Part shown: positions 27,910-37,056 of the stretch, in pieces
Position numbering within the stretch: position 1 is the stretch's first letter
Layout: each line of letters begins with the position of its first letter
Sequence record: KC131130.1
Reading direction: 5' to 3' (one strand)
DNA: 40,000 bases
Source of the DNA: Vibrio phage VP4B
The notes under the pieces: generated by a model
What the model saw: only the letters and a program-made list of their open reading frames with translations
Told to the model about the DNA's origin: nothing
Databases searched by the model: none
Translations under genes and position numbers: made by a program

Positions 27910-29322
27910 ATGAACGAACTGAATAAATTGTACGTTGCTATTACTCGTACTTGGAACGCTACCCATGATGAAGACGGTAAGCTTTCACTAGAACTCGATG
28001 GTAACTCTTACCCTATCCGTCTGGATGACATGGACGTTTACCTACCGTTTAACTCTGCGCTAGAATCCGACACGACAGAAAAAGTATTCTTCCACCCAGC
28101 GTGTGAGTCTATTATTTCTAAAGAAACGGAAATCTTCCGCATCATTCGTAAAATGGCTGGTCTGCAAATCTTGACACACTTCAAGAAGTTTGCTCCGGTG
28201 TTATTCGATGTTGCTAACAAGAAAGCAAAACGTGGTCTACGTAATGACTTACTAGAACGCATCGAAGTTATCAAAACAGCGAAAACCAACCAGCGTAAAG
28301 AAGTTATCCAAATCTTCGATCACATGAACGTAGAGATGGAAGCTGAAGATAATCTAGATCGTCGCTTCGTACACTTCGATATTAAACGTGGTGGTCGTAG
28401 TAAGTTGACTGGTGAGAAAATCTACTACAGCTGTAAACCGATCTTCCCGTTCTACAACGAATTGGTGCGTCGTCTAACTCGTACCGAAGGTGAAGCGGGT
28501 AATCGTCCTGTGAAACTGTTGGGTAAAGAGTTTACTCGTGGCGCTTTGGTCGTGGCTGAAGAAATCTTCCGTTTTGTGTTACCGGGTGTGGAGGATCCAT
28601 TGGCGTACGAACAAGAACAAATGACCGCAGAAGCTGCGCGTTTTGTGGTATTTGTGAATACGTACACTACAATGATCAGTGACATGAACAACCTACAAAA
28701 CACGTTCCGTTCGGAATTTGATAAAGTGGGTGTTTACGAAATTGATACTTCTTACACCGCACTGCTAGAAGACATCGATGTACTCTACAAACAAGTTCCA
28801 CCAATGGCGTATAATTCTCAGTCTTCTAATACCGAAGTGAAGACCGAAGTTCAAACACACCAAATGGTAAACTCGTTGATGAATCAAACATCACACGTTA
28901 CCAGTAACGTTACACCATCTAGCGTGCAACAACAAACTCAGATGGTAGATAACGCAACGAATGCAGCGAACGGTTTTGTTAACGAAGTTAAAGCCAGTCT
29001 GCAACCGGGTGAAACATGGATCGGTGTGACACAAGAGCCTGTCTCTGGTCATTTCATCCACTCCATCCAAACCATGCAAGGCCCTGTTCAGATCCGTTAC
29101 TCACGTCAAGGTAACTTTTTGAGCCGTGAGTCTAGCATGATGGCTGGTATGGGTGGTATGAACAACATGAACCCATACGGCTACAACATGCAACAGATGC
29201 AACTAGCTGCTATGTTATCTGGTAACATGAATCCTGCGGTAGCGGGTCAACCTACTTACCAACAACCAGTGAGTGCAACTGGCACTTACCACCCAACAAC
29301 TGAAGCAGCATCAACTTGGTAA
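27910..29322 (+). CDS. Hypothetical phage protein (470 aa), possibly virion-associated
   Basis: Long ORF, Met/Gln/Asn/Gly-rich C-terminal tail, AAGGAA upstream of ATG. Confidence 0.8.
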   Translation: MNELNKLYVAITRTWNATHDEDGKLSLELDGNSYPIRLDDMDVYLPFNSALESDTTEKVFFHPACESIISKETEIFRIIRKMAGLQILTHFKKFAPVLFDVANKKAKRGLRNDLLERIEVIKTAKTNQRKEVIQIFDHMNVEMEAEDNLDRRFVHFDIKRGGRSKLTGEKIYYSCKPIFPFYNELVRRLTRTEGEAGNRPVKLLGKEFTRGALVVAEEIFRFVLPGVEDPLAYEQEQMTAEAARFVVFVNTYTTMISDMNNLQNTFRSEFDKVGVYEIDTSYTALLEDIDVLYKQVPPMAYNSQSSNTEVKTEVQTHQMVNSLMNQTSHVTSNVTPSSVQQQTQMVDNATNAANGFVNEVKASLQPGETWIGVTQEPVSGHFIHSIQTMQGPVQIRYSRQGNFLSRESSMMAGMGGMNNMNPYGYNMQQMQLAAMLSGNMNPAVAGQPTYQQPVSATGTYHPTTEAASTW

Positions 29323-29330
29323 TACCTTTA

Positions 29331-29354
29331 GGTCGTCCTCGAAAGGGGACGACC
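29331..29354 (+). terminator. Terminator-like hairpin
   Basis: GGTCGTCCTC-GAAA-GGGGACGACC (one T.G wobble). Confidence 0.7.
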
Positions 29355-29385
29355 GCCTTATTCAACCTTTTAGGAGATTTACATC

Positions 29386-30006
29386 ATGGCGTTTAAGAAA
29401 CTAACTAGCGCAGAGATCCGCGCATTAGACGAAGATCAATTAGAAGCTTACTTGGAGCAAGTCGCTATCCACGACCCATTTGACTGGGATAAATACATTG
29501 AAGAGAACAAAGTAGAACGTCCTATCCGTAAACCTAACTACCGTCCTACGGAATTAGATGAAGAAGACCCTAACGCAGTCTACACACTCTTCGCGGCTTC
29601 TATTAGCGAATTAGACAAAGCAGGTGTGACTGGACGAGAAGTAATTGAGCACGTTAATGCTCTCATCGAGAAAGATGAAGCTTACGCCACATTAGGTTAT
29701 GTTCCTCCTATTGAACGCATCTATTACGAGAACACCAAAAACGGCATTACCGGTTACGGGAATATGATTCGCAACTATTCCAACCTAAACCCAAAACACA
29801 TTGGTGTCAAGATCCACGGTATTCGTATGACCGGTCGTGGGATTCATGTGGATTTTCTTCCTCATGGACCTAAAGCTGGTGTGGTGGAAAACTGGATTAA
29901 AACCGAAAATCTCTCTTTCCGTTTCTACTTACGAGTAGGACTAAATGTTGATCTAGAGCCTCAATTCATCACTTTCGATTTGGACCGAGAAATCTTCTTA
30001 CCTTAA
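29386..30006 (+). CDS. Hypothetical phage protein (206 aa)
   Basis: Long ORF with AGGAG upstream. Confidence 0.85.
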   Translation: MAFKKLTSAEIRALDEDQLEAYLEQVAIHDPFDWDKYIEENKVERPIRKPNYRPTELDEEDPNAVYTLFAASISELDKAGVTGREVIEHVNALIEKDEAYATLGYVPPIERIYYENTKNGITGYGNMIRNYSNLNPKHIGVKIHGIRMTGRGIHVDFLPHGPKAGVVENWIKTENLSFRFYLRVGLNVDLEPQFITFDLDREIFLP

Positions 30007-30012
30007 ATAAGC

Positions 30013-30037
30013 ACCTACCCCCATGTCGGGGGTAGGT
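30013..30037. terminator. Hairpin between convergent genes
   Basis: ACCTACCCCC-ATGTC-GGGGGTAGGT perfect 10-bp stem. Confidence 0.75.
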
Positions 30038-30048
30038 ACTCATTATCA

Positions 30049-30393
30049 TTATTTTTTGCGGATCAGGTTAGTACGTTGTATTAATTTATTAATAACTGCG
30101 GTGTCAACTATTAGGACTTCTTTCATATCACCTACGTAATCACTAGGGTTTTCTACATCGTTTAAAAAGGCGATGGTCCAGTGCATATGTTGAGGTACTT
30201 TAAAAGATTCTAATATCAATCGATAGAAGTCGTATCGGTGGGCGTGCTGGAAACTGATATCCGTAATGGGATAACTGCCAGCGACGGACAACAAATATTC
30301 TTTATTAGAACGAATCATGACACGGTATTCGTCTGTAAAGAACTGGTCCATTGGAGGTGGTAGATCAATAGCCATTTTCCTATACCTTTTCAA
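30049..30393 (-). CDS. Hypothetical small phage protein (114 aa)
   Basis: Minus-strand ORF filling the gap between plus-strand genes, flanked by a hairpin at its 3' end. Confidence 0.7.
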   Translation of the reverse strand: MKRYRKMAIDLPPPMDQFFTDEYRVMIRSNKEYLLSVAGSYPITDISFQHAHRYDFYRLILESFKVPQHMHWTIAFLNDVENPSDYVGDMKEVLIVDTAVINKLIQRTNLIRKK

Positions 30394-30395
30394 AC

Positions 30396-30417
30396 CTATA
30401 TTATCAGGGTGTGAACC
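30396..30417 (+). promoter_or_regulatory. Promoter-like motif copy E (CTATATTATCAGGGTGTGAACC)
   Basis: Recurring motif upstream of the RNAP beta-like gene. Confidence 0.6.
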
Positions 30418-30443
30418 AACCTAAATATCTAAGGGTAGTCCAA

Positions 30444-32546
30444 ATGGAAATCTATAAAATCGAAAACCAAATCTTACCAGAAGTGTGCAGTGTCGGTATT
30501 AACCTTAGCGTTTCACCACACAATGCTTCGTCTGGTCGTAAGTACATGTTTGGTAACATGATCTCTAAATCGTGCAGAGCTAAAGGGATCACTAACCGAC
30601 GTCTTACTTCGGGGTTTGAACGTCAATACGGGGACCATGCTCGTAAGATCGTAGCGCCGTGTAACATGGAAGTAGAGTTAGTAGTATACCGTAAGTCAAT
30701 TAACTCTAATGAAGCTCATACCGACGACTGGGGTTCCATACACGTCGTTTACTTTGACGCTGACATGCAACGTTATGATGTGTTACATCTACCTAAATAT
30801 CACACCCATAACTTCTATGTTGGTTTTGAATACCTTTACGAGAAAGAAATGTTGAACCGTTTACGTAAAGGAGCAACTTATGCGAAAGGCGAAGTGTTTG
30901 CTAAATCACCTGGGATTAGTGATACCGGGGAATGGAAATTTGGATTAGAAACCTTAGTCGCAGGTATGACATTACCAGCTACCGAAGAAGATGGAATTAT
31001 GGTGCGTGATGACTACCTAGATCGTCTTATGGTGATGTTTGAACACGTTCGTAAGTTCAGTTGGAATGAAGCTGAGTATATTCCGGTTAACCTTTACGGA
31101 ACACTGGAGAACCCTAAAGCGTTTCCTGAGAACGGTGAACGAGTCCGGGATGATGGTTTGGTAATGGCATTCCGTCGACGTGATAGTCATTCTGCTTTAG
31201 TCTCGTTAACTAAGAAAGCTCTCATGCGTCCTGACCGACTCTATGACGTTAAGTTCTATGCTCCTCCGGGTTCTGTAGTAAAGAATATCGAAGTGCGTTC
31301 AGAACGCCTTAAGGACCGTTCTAATAACCGTAGAGTAGAGAAGCCTAGTTACCCACACACTAAACTGTTGGAACAATACGAGATCGAAGACAACAACATG
31401 TGGTACTCGTTGAAGTCTTGGTATTACCAGCAAACCAAACGTTACGGTAAACATGAAACACTGCCCTTTACCAGTGAACTAAATGCTTTCATCTATCAAG
31501 CGTTTGGTAATGTGACCAAAGACTATGCTTTAAACAAACCTAACTTCACTAAACGCACACACCGCAATAAGTCTCTATTAGACTGGAACGTTAAAGTTAC
31601 ACTTAAAGAAGACGTGGCTGGTAAAGTGCGTTTCAAGCTTTCAGACTGCGTGGGTGGTAAAGGAGTTATAGTTAAAGTCTTTAAGAAGGAAGACGCTCCC
31701 GTAGATGAGTATGGACGTTCACCAGAGATCATCATTAACAACACACCGGCGTTCCGTCGACAAATCTACGCATCTCTGATGGAAGCATCTATTAACTTTA
31801 TCAACCTCAACGTTTATGATGAAGTGATGGCGCTTAGAGAGCAAGGAGATTATCGTGGTGCCTTTAAAGTGTTGTGTCGTTTCTATGAAACTATTTCACC
31901 AGAGTTCTATGAGATAGTTAAGAATGTGAGTTCAGCGGACGAGAACTTTATGTTCGAACACATTGACCACATTAAGAAAGAAGCGATGATCTCGGTACAA
32001 CGTCGTAGTGATTCGGAAATCGTTGGGGTAGAGGTAATCCGTCGCCTATCAGAGCAATACGGTAATTACAAACCAACGTGTGTGACTTACACTAACGAAC
32101 TAGGAGAACGCGAACGTACACTAGAGCCGGTATTGATCAGTTCTATGTACTATTTATTGTTGGATAAGTTTGGTACAGAAATGTCTTCGGAGTCATTCCC
32201 GAAACGTAATTTGTACGGTTTACCAGCGAAACTGAATGCCAATGATAAATACAACAAATACTACCGTAGTAAGGTTGACCGTAATACTGGTGAAACCGAA
32301 GGTCGTATCGCGGTATCTCATGAGGGGGGAGAAGAAACGGCTCGTATGTTAACTTTAGCTAACTCACCTGAAGCTGCTCGTATGGCGATCAAACGTATTA
32401 TACGTAGCGATGACCCGTTTGCCGTACCAGAAGTCATCAAGAGAGATGAATATAAAACGAACCGTGCTTTACAACTAAGCATGAACATGTTAACTGACGC
32501 TGGTTATGAATTAAGGACTGAAAATGAAAACGATTACTCTGCGTGA
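30444..32546 (+). CDS. DNA-directed RNA polymerase beta-like subunit, C-terminal part (split multisubunit RNAP)
   Basis: KLSDCVGGKGVIVKVFKKEDAPVDEYGRSPEIIINNTPAFRRQIYASLMEASINF resembles the beta subunit GDK..GRHGNKGV...DMP...G...DI..NP..v.SRMN.G...E segment; ATG at 30444 preferred since GTG 30411 lies inside the promoter-like motif. Confidence 0.75.
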   Translation: MEIYKIENQILPEVCSVGINLSVSPHNASSGRKYMFGNMISKSCRAKGITNRRLTSGFERQYGDHARKIVAPCNMEVELVVYRKSINSNEAHTDDWGSIHVVYFDADMQRYDVLHLPKYHTHNFYVGFEYLYEKEMLNRLRKGATYAKGEVFAKSPGISDTGEWKFGLETLVAGMTLPATEEDGIMVRDDYLDRLMVMFEHVRKFSWNEAEYIPVNLYGTLENPKAFPENGERVRDDGLVMAFRRRDSHSALVSLTKKALMRPDRLYDVKFYAPPGSVVKNIEVRSERLKDRSNNRRVEKPSYPHTKLLEQYEIEDNNMWYSLKSWYYQQTKRYGKHETLPFTSELNAFIYQAFGNVTKDYALNKPNFTKRTHRNKSLLDWNVKVTLKEDVAGKVRFKLSDCVGGKGVIVKVFKKEDAPVDEYGRSPEIIINNTPAFRRQIYASLMEASINFINLNVYDEVMALREQGDYRGAFKVLCRFYETISPEFYEIVKNVSSADENFMFEHIDHIKKEAMISVQRRSDSEIVGVEVIRRLSEQYGNYKPTCVTYTNELGERERTLEPVLISSMYYLLLDKFGTEMSSESFPKRNLYGLPAKLNANDKYNKYYRSKVDRNTGETEGRIAVSHEGGEETARMLTLANSPEAARMAIKRIIRSDDPFAVPEVIKRDEYKTNRALQLSMNMLTDAGYELRTENENDYSA

Positions 32547-34509
32547 ATTCGCTAACTTAACTGAACATCAAGTTATCGGGTGGCGGAAAGATCTTATCAA
32601 AGTAAAGGTGGTCGGTGACGAAGGTGACGAATTAGTAAGTAATACCTACGATTTGATCATGACGTGGTATGGATTAGAACTCCATCGTCGCTATGAACAC
32701 CTAAACATTCCTTACACTACCAAGGAGATCATACATTGTAAAGTCTACAACGACGCTACGTTACAACGTCCTTTGCAGTACATGTTAGACATCTTGATGG
32801 AGTACGTAAACGATCCCGTGGAAGCGGACTTAATTAAACAGATCGTCTATGTTTGGCATTTTAAGATCAATAACATTTTGGTATACCTCGGGTCTCCCGG
32901 GGTTATCTCTGCTACCGCAGAAGACGTTATGGAGGTCTTTAATCATCCTAAGATCGCGGACATCCGTGAACGTTTAAGAAAATGTAAGATCAACTATGAT
33001 GAAGCAGAAGAAGAATTCAAGCAAACGGTACTTCATGAACCAACGTTAGATTTTTCTACTTTCATCATGCAAGCTCGTACAGGTGCGGTGTCGATCAACC
33101 AAGGTTTCCAAACGTTCATATCTCGTGGTGCTTGTTTTGATTTGAACAACCGAATCATGCCAAACCCTATTGAACCGTCCTTCGCTGAAGGTATTACTAA
33201 CCTAGCAGATATCCTAGCGGAATCTCGTTCGGCAGGTAAAGCACTGGTCTCAAACGGTAAGGCGCTAGAAGACTCGGAATGGTTCCACCGTAAGGTACAC
33301 TTAACCGCATCACCGGTCAAGGACATCGATCATTACCATGATTGTGGTACGGATACTTTAGTTCCTATCGTCTTAAAGTCTAAAGCTTTGATAAACTCTT
33401 TAGCCGGTAAATATTACAAAGGTGAGGATGATCAATTAAAGTTATTAACCAGAGAACGATTAAAGGAACTCAAAGTAGGAGATACTATCCGAATCCGTTC
33501 TATGCAGTTTTGTCGTAACGAGAAAGCACCATGTGCAGTTTGTTATGGTCAAATGCGTATGTCGGTACCTTATAACGTTATCATGCGTAAATCGGCTAAC
33601 CCGGGGATGCTCAGTGGCACAGCAGTGGCAGAGCCTATCGGTCAAGGTATGTTGTCAACTAAACACTTTATGCGACATGTACAAGCGGTACCTTTCATGG
33701 TAATGTCGGGTGACGAGGAATACATCACTACGGATGGTGATAACATTTTCTTGAAACCAGAAGTCGTTAAAGCGAATACCCGCATTCAACTTCCGGTAAG
33801 TATGATCAGTGAACTTACCGACTTGCGTTCTATGGAGAACTTAGACGAAATCCAAGACGATCAATTGACGTGTTTCCCAACACTGACGTTGACGTATGAA
33901 ATGGAAGACCCTATGTTACCGGGAACCAAGACACAAACCACGGTGCACTTAGACACACAAGTGAGTTCACGTCAAGCGAGAATGTCCCCAGCGTTCATCG
34001 AATACGCGATCAATAAAGGTTGGGAGAAAACCAAGAAGTATTTGGAAATCGATATCAATGAGTTTGATCACACTGAGGCTTTGCTAACCCTGCCTTATGT
34101 GTATGAAGACTTGGATAAATACCGCAGTGAAATCGAATCGTTCCTAGCGTTGTCACGACGCAATAAAGCTTGGCGAGATACTCAAGTTACACCTGAGTTC
34201 TTTGGTCAAGTGATGGTGGACTTCTGGACCTTGATCGACCGTAAGTTCAAGAACATCAACATGGTACATATAGAAACTCTATTGCATGCCACCACAGCTG
34301 TAGCGCCTAGTGAGGGATTGTATAGATTGCCTGTGGGGGACGAACCACGGTACTTCATCCCATTTAAGAATGCGATTGAGAACCGTGGGTTTGGTAGCTT
34401 GATGATTTATCAAGGGCAACCTAAAGTCATCGAAGCACCCTCTACCTTTTATGTGAAAGAGCGTCAAGCCACGGCAATGGAGTGTTTCTTTACTAACTCT
34501 GTTAATTAG
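32524..34509 (+). CDS. DNA-directed RNA polymerase beta-prime-like subunit, C-terminal part (paralog 1)
   Basis: DCGTDTL...RSMQFCRNEKAPCAVCYGQMR......AGTAV-like SGTAVAEPIGQGMLSTKHFMR resembles beta-prime DCGT...R...C....G.C..CYG.........G...GVIAA.SIGEP.TQLT.RTFH; overlaps the beta-like gene by 23 nt. Confidence 0.8.
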   Translation: MKTITLREFANLTEHQVIGWRKDLIKVKVVGDEGDELVSNTYDLIMTWYGLELHRRYEHLNIPYTTKEIIHCKVYNDATLQRPLQYMLDILMEYVNDPVEADLIKQIVYVWHFKINNILVYLGSPGVISATAEDVMEVFNHPKIADIRERLRKCKINYDEAEEEFKQTVLHEPTLDFSTFIMQARTGAVSINQGFQTFISRGACFDLNNRIMPNPIEPSFAEGITNLADILAESRSAGKALVSNGKALEDSEWFHRKVHLTASPVKDIDHYHDCGTDTLVPIVLKSKALINSLAGKYYKGEDDQLKLLTRERLKELKVGDTIRIRSMQFCRNEKAPCAVCYGQMRMSVPYNVIMRKSANPGMLSGTAVAEPIGQGMLSTKHFMRHVQAVPFMVMSGDEEYITTDGDNIFLKPEVVKANTRIQLPVSMISELTDLRSMENLDEIQDDQLTCFPTLTLTYEMEDPMLPGTKTQTTVHLDTQVSSRQARMSPAFIEYAINKGWEKTKKYLEIDINEFDHTEALLTLPYVYEDLDKYRSEIESFLALSRRNKAWRDTQVTPEFFGQVMVDFWTLIDRKFKNINMVHIETLLHATTAVAPSEGLYRLPVGDEPRYFIPFKNAIENRGFGSLMIYQGQPKVIEAPSTFYVKERQATAMECFFTNSVN

Positions 34510-34517
34510 GAGGCAAC

Positions 34518-36644
34518 ATGCGCTCAACCGTAACGGTATGGAAGGGCGGGACTTACCTAAGAATAACAGACTACAAAGCGCCGTTCGTGCAAGATGTCAT
34601 TATGCCGTTTTGCCGACGTCGCTTGTATCGTTTAGGAAAGGTACCTATACCCGGTACTCGACAAAAACGAACGGTAGTCACGCATTCTTTTGCTCGCATG
34701 AATAACGACCGTAGTGAATTCCGTATCTCAGCGGGCTTATTAGAAGACTTCATCCAGTTCATGGAAGGTGTCGGATATAAAGAAGCTCGCGTGAAGATTA
34801 AAGACGAACCGGTTATTAAAGGGAAAGACGTAGAGTTCAAGTGGAAAGAGGGTTGGGGTGAACCTAGACCACATCAGGTTGATTGGTGTGAGTACCAATT
34901 ACAGAATGGTCCGGTTAAGGTAAACAACGCTCAAACAGGTGATGGGAAAGCGCAACCACTGTACTCCAAAGTCTTAACACCACATGGTTTTGTTAAGATG
35001 GGTGATATCCGTTTAGGTGATGAAGTCATTGCTAAAGACGGGACCCCAAGTAGAGTCACCGGGGTGTACCCTCAAGGGCTAAAACCCATTCACAAAGTGT
35101 TGTTGTCAGACGACCGTGTAATTGAGTGTGCAGACGAGCACTTATGGACGGTCTACCACAATGATGAATGGAAAACCTTGCAAGCTCAAGAGATTCGAGA
35201 GACTCTCCGAAAAGGTGAGCGTTACCACTTACCTCTGTTTGTAGGGAATCCGATTTCTCAGGCCGAGTTGGATCGCATTAGCACCAAACCGACTTATGAA
35301 GAACGTTCGGACTCGTTTGAACACCTGATTAAGATCCGTGATTTGTTCCACGCCGCTGGCGGTACTGCTTCAGTACGTCGTGATCGCGGAACATGGTTGT
35401 TGAAAGCTACCCGATACACCAAAGATCCGAAAGCACTGGAGATCGTAGACATTACGATCAGTGGTAAGACGGAGATGCAGTGTATTGAGATCGATCACCC
35501 AGAACACCTCTATGTGACTGATCGCTATGTAGTGACACACAACACCTTCATGGCGACTCACACCATGGTGAACACCGGTAAGCGTACATTAATTACGTGT
35601 TTACCTCGTTACACCTCTATTTGGTTCGAGTCACTTGGTGCGGCTGTTGAACTGAATCCAGAAGACATCATGTTGGTGGGGAACGGTAAGATCGAAGAAG
35701 CAGCAGAGACCATTAAGTCTGGTCGAGCGGACCCTAAGATCATCATCCTTCCCCTCACTCGTTACGATACGTATCTGAAGCGAGAACGTGAAGAAGACAT
35801 CCCTTGTTTGGATGAAGTCTTTACTGACATGGAGATCGGATTCCGTATCATGGATGAAGCACACGAAGATATTTATCGTGTGTATATGTCTATGTTGTTC
35901 GGTAACTTTGAGAAAACCATCGCGTTGTCTGCCACCTTAAAGGCGGATGACCCGTTCGTGAATGACATCTATCGTTATGTCTATCCGTACAAAATGCGAC
36001 TCAAAGAGCCAGAGTACAAAAAGTACATCGACGTTATTGCGTATCATCACTACATTGATATGCAGAAATACCGAATCAACACCAAAGGCTTTGGTGGGTA
36101 TTCTCACGTCAAGTACGAACAAGCCATAATGAAGACCCCGAAACTCTATTTGCAATACTTAGAGTTGTGCAAGCAAGCTTTCGAAGAATTCTACGTGAAT
36201 GATCACAAAGAAGGACAAAAGTGTTTGTGGTTCTTTAGTACGGTGGAAATGGCAACTCGGATGAAAGAGGACTTCGAGAAAGCGTATCCGGACATGGATA
36301 TCTGGAAGTTCACTAACGCCGAGTCTAAGAACAAAGAGACAGAAATGTCTTATATGGAACACCAAGTCGTGTTTACCACACCGCAGTCTTGTGGTACTGG
36401 TAAGGACATTCCAGACTTGGCGGTGGCCTTCAGTCCTTATGCTTGTTCATCCCGTCAACGCAACGACCAGATGTTAGGTCGTACCCGTCCGTTGAAGAAC
36501 TACCCGGGCGACAGTCCGAAGTTCGTCTACTTTGTGTGTACTTCGATCCCTAAACAGAAAGAGTACCATCAAAAACGGAAAGAACTGTTCGCAGTGAAAT
36601 CAAAAACACATAAGAACATTAATTCGTTCCACCATATCGTGTAA
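34518..36644 (+). CDS. DEAH-box SF2 helicase interrupted in Walker A by an intein (708-aa precursor, predicted 510-aa host protein)
   Basis: RPHQ, GDGK...TFMATH (split Walker A), IMDEAHED, ALSATL, TTPQSCGTGKDIP, QRNDQMLGRTRP helicase motifs. Confidence 0.9.
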   Translation: MRSTVTVWKGGTYLRITDYKAPFVQDVIMPFCRRRLYRLGKVPIPGTRQKRTVVTHSFARMNNDRSEFRISAGLLEDFIQFMEGVGYKEARVKIKDEPVIKGKDVEFKWKEGWGEPRPHQVDWCEYQLQNGPVKVNNAQTGDGKAQPLYSKVLTPHGFVKMGDIRLGDEVIAKDGTPSRVTGVYPQGLKPIHKVLLSDDRVIECADEHLWTVYHNDEWKTLQAQEIRETLRKGERYHLPLFVGNPISQAELDRISTKPTYEERSDSFEHLIKIRDLFHAAGGTASVRRDRGTWLLKATRYTKDPKALEIVDITISGKTEMQCIEIDHPEHLYVTDRYVVTHNTFMATHTMVNTGKRTLITCLPRYTSIWFESLGAAVELNPEDIMLVGNGKIEEAAETIKSGRADPKIIILPLTRYDTYLKREREEDIPCLDEVFTDMEIGFRIMDEAHEDIYRVYMSMLFGNFEKTIALSATLKADDPFVNDIYRYVYPYKMRLKEPEYKKYIDVIAYHHYIDMQKYRINTKGFGGYSHVKYEQAIMKTPKLYLQYLELCKQAFEEFYVNDHKEGQKCLWFFSTVEMATRMKEDFEKAYPDMDIWKFTNAESKNKETEMSYMEHQVVFTTPQSCGTGKDIPDLAVAFSPYACSSRQRNDQMLGRTRPLKNYPGDSPKFVYFVCTSIPKQKEYHQKRKELFAVKSKTHKNINSFHHIV
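34950..35543 (+). mobile_element. Class 3-type mini-intein, 198 aa, in the helicase Walker A site (GDGK|AQPLYSKV...YVVTHN|TFMATH)
   Basis: Block A AQPLYSKVLTPHGFVKMGDIRLGDEVIAKDG; block B ECADEHLWTVY (His then Trp); block F MQCIEIDHPEHLYV (Cys); block G VVTHN|T. Ala at position 1. No obvious LAGLIDADG or HNH endonuclease motif. Confidence 0.92.
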
Positions 36645-36652
36645 CCCTAAAT

Positions 36653-36679
36653 ATCGGTCCGAAATTTATTCGGACCGAT
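36653..36679 (+). terminator. Terminator-like perfect hairpin overlapping promoter-like motif copy F
   Basis: ATCGGTCCGAA-ATTTA-TTCGGACCGAT 11-bp perfect stem. Confidence 0.7.
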
Positions 36680-36697
36680 ATTATCTAAGTGTATTCC
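36676..36697 (+). promoter_or_regulatory. Promoter-like motif copy F (CGATATTATCTAAGTGTATTCC, diverged)
   Basis: Partial match to the recurring motif, upstream of the gene at 36712. Confidence 0.4.
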
Positions 36698-36711
36698 ACA
36701 GAGGGCATCTC

Positions 36712-37056
36712 ATGTCACTAAACCAAGTTAGTATAGTGTTGAACCTCCCAATCAATGCTACCTATTACCCGTTGTTTAAAGATGAAAATGCTTTAAAGTT
36801 CTTAGGGAATGAAATCTTAAAGGATTATGGTAAAGAAGCCGTGATCGAACACGACGACATCGAAGAATGGAAAATGAACCTACTTGCTGATTTAGCCAAG
36901 GTACTTATGTCCGAAGAAGATGGTCGTATTTTCTTATCGCAACTCAGCCGAGCTTACACAGAACAACAGGTGTTAAAAGAGTCAGGAGTCAAAAAGAGTT
37001 TAGTTTATTTATTGTTCTGTGACCAACAGGACGATGATAATGATTGCAACGACTGA
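36712..37056 (+). CDS. Hypothetical small phage protein (114 aa)
   Basis: ORF with ATG downstream of GAGGGC. Confidence 0.8.
   Translation: MSLNQVSIVLNLPINATYYPLFKDENALKFLGNEILKDYGKEAVIEHDDIEEWKMNLLADLAKVLMSEEDGRIFLSQLSRAYTEQQVLKESGVKKSLVYLLFCDQQDDDNDCND

Noticed and set aside
30411-30443. GTG start at 30411 for the RNAP beta-like gene
   Set aside because: It falls inside the promoter-like motif; ATG at 30444 is more plausible.
34950-35543. Homing endonuclease domain inside the intein
   Set aside because: Only about 198 aa in total; no LAGLIDADG, HNH or GIY-YIG motif recognised between blocks B and F.
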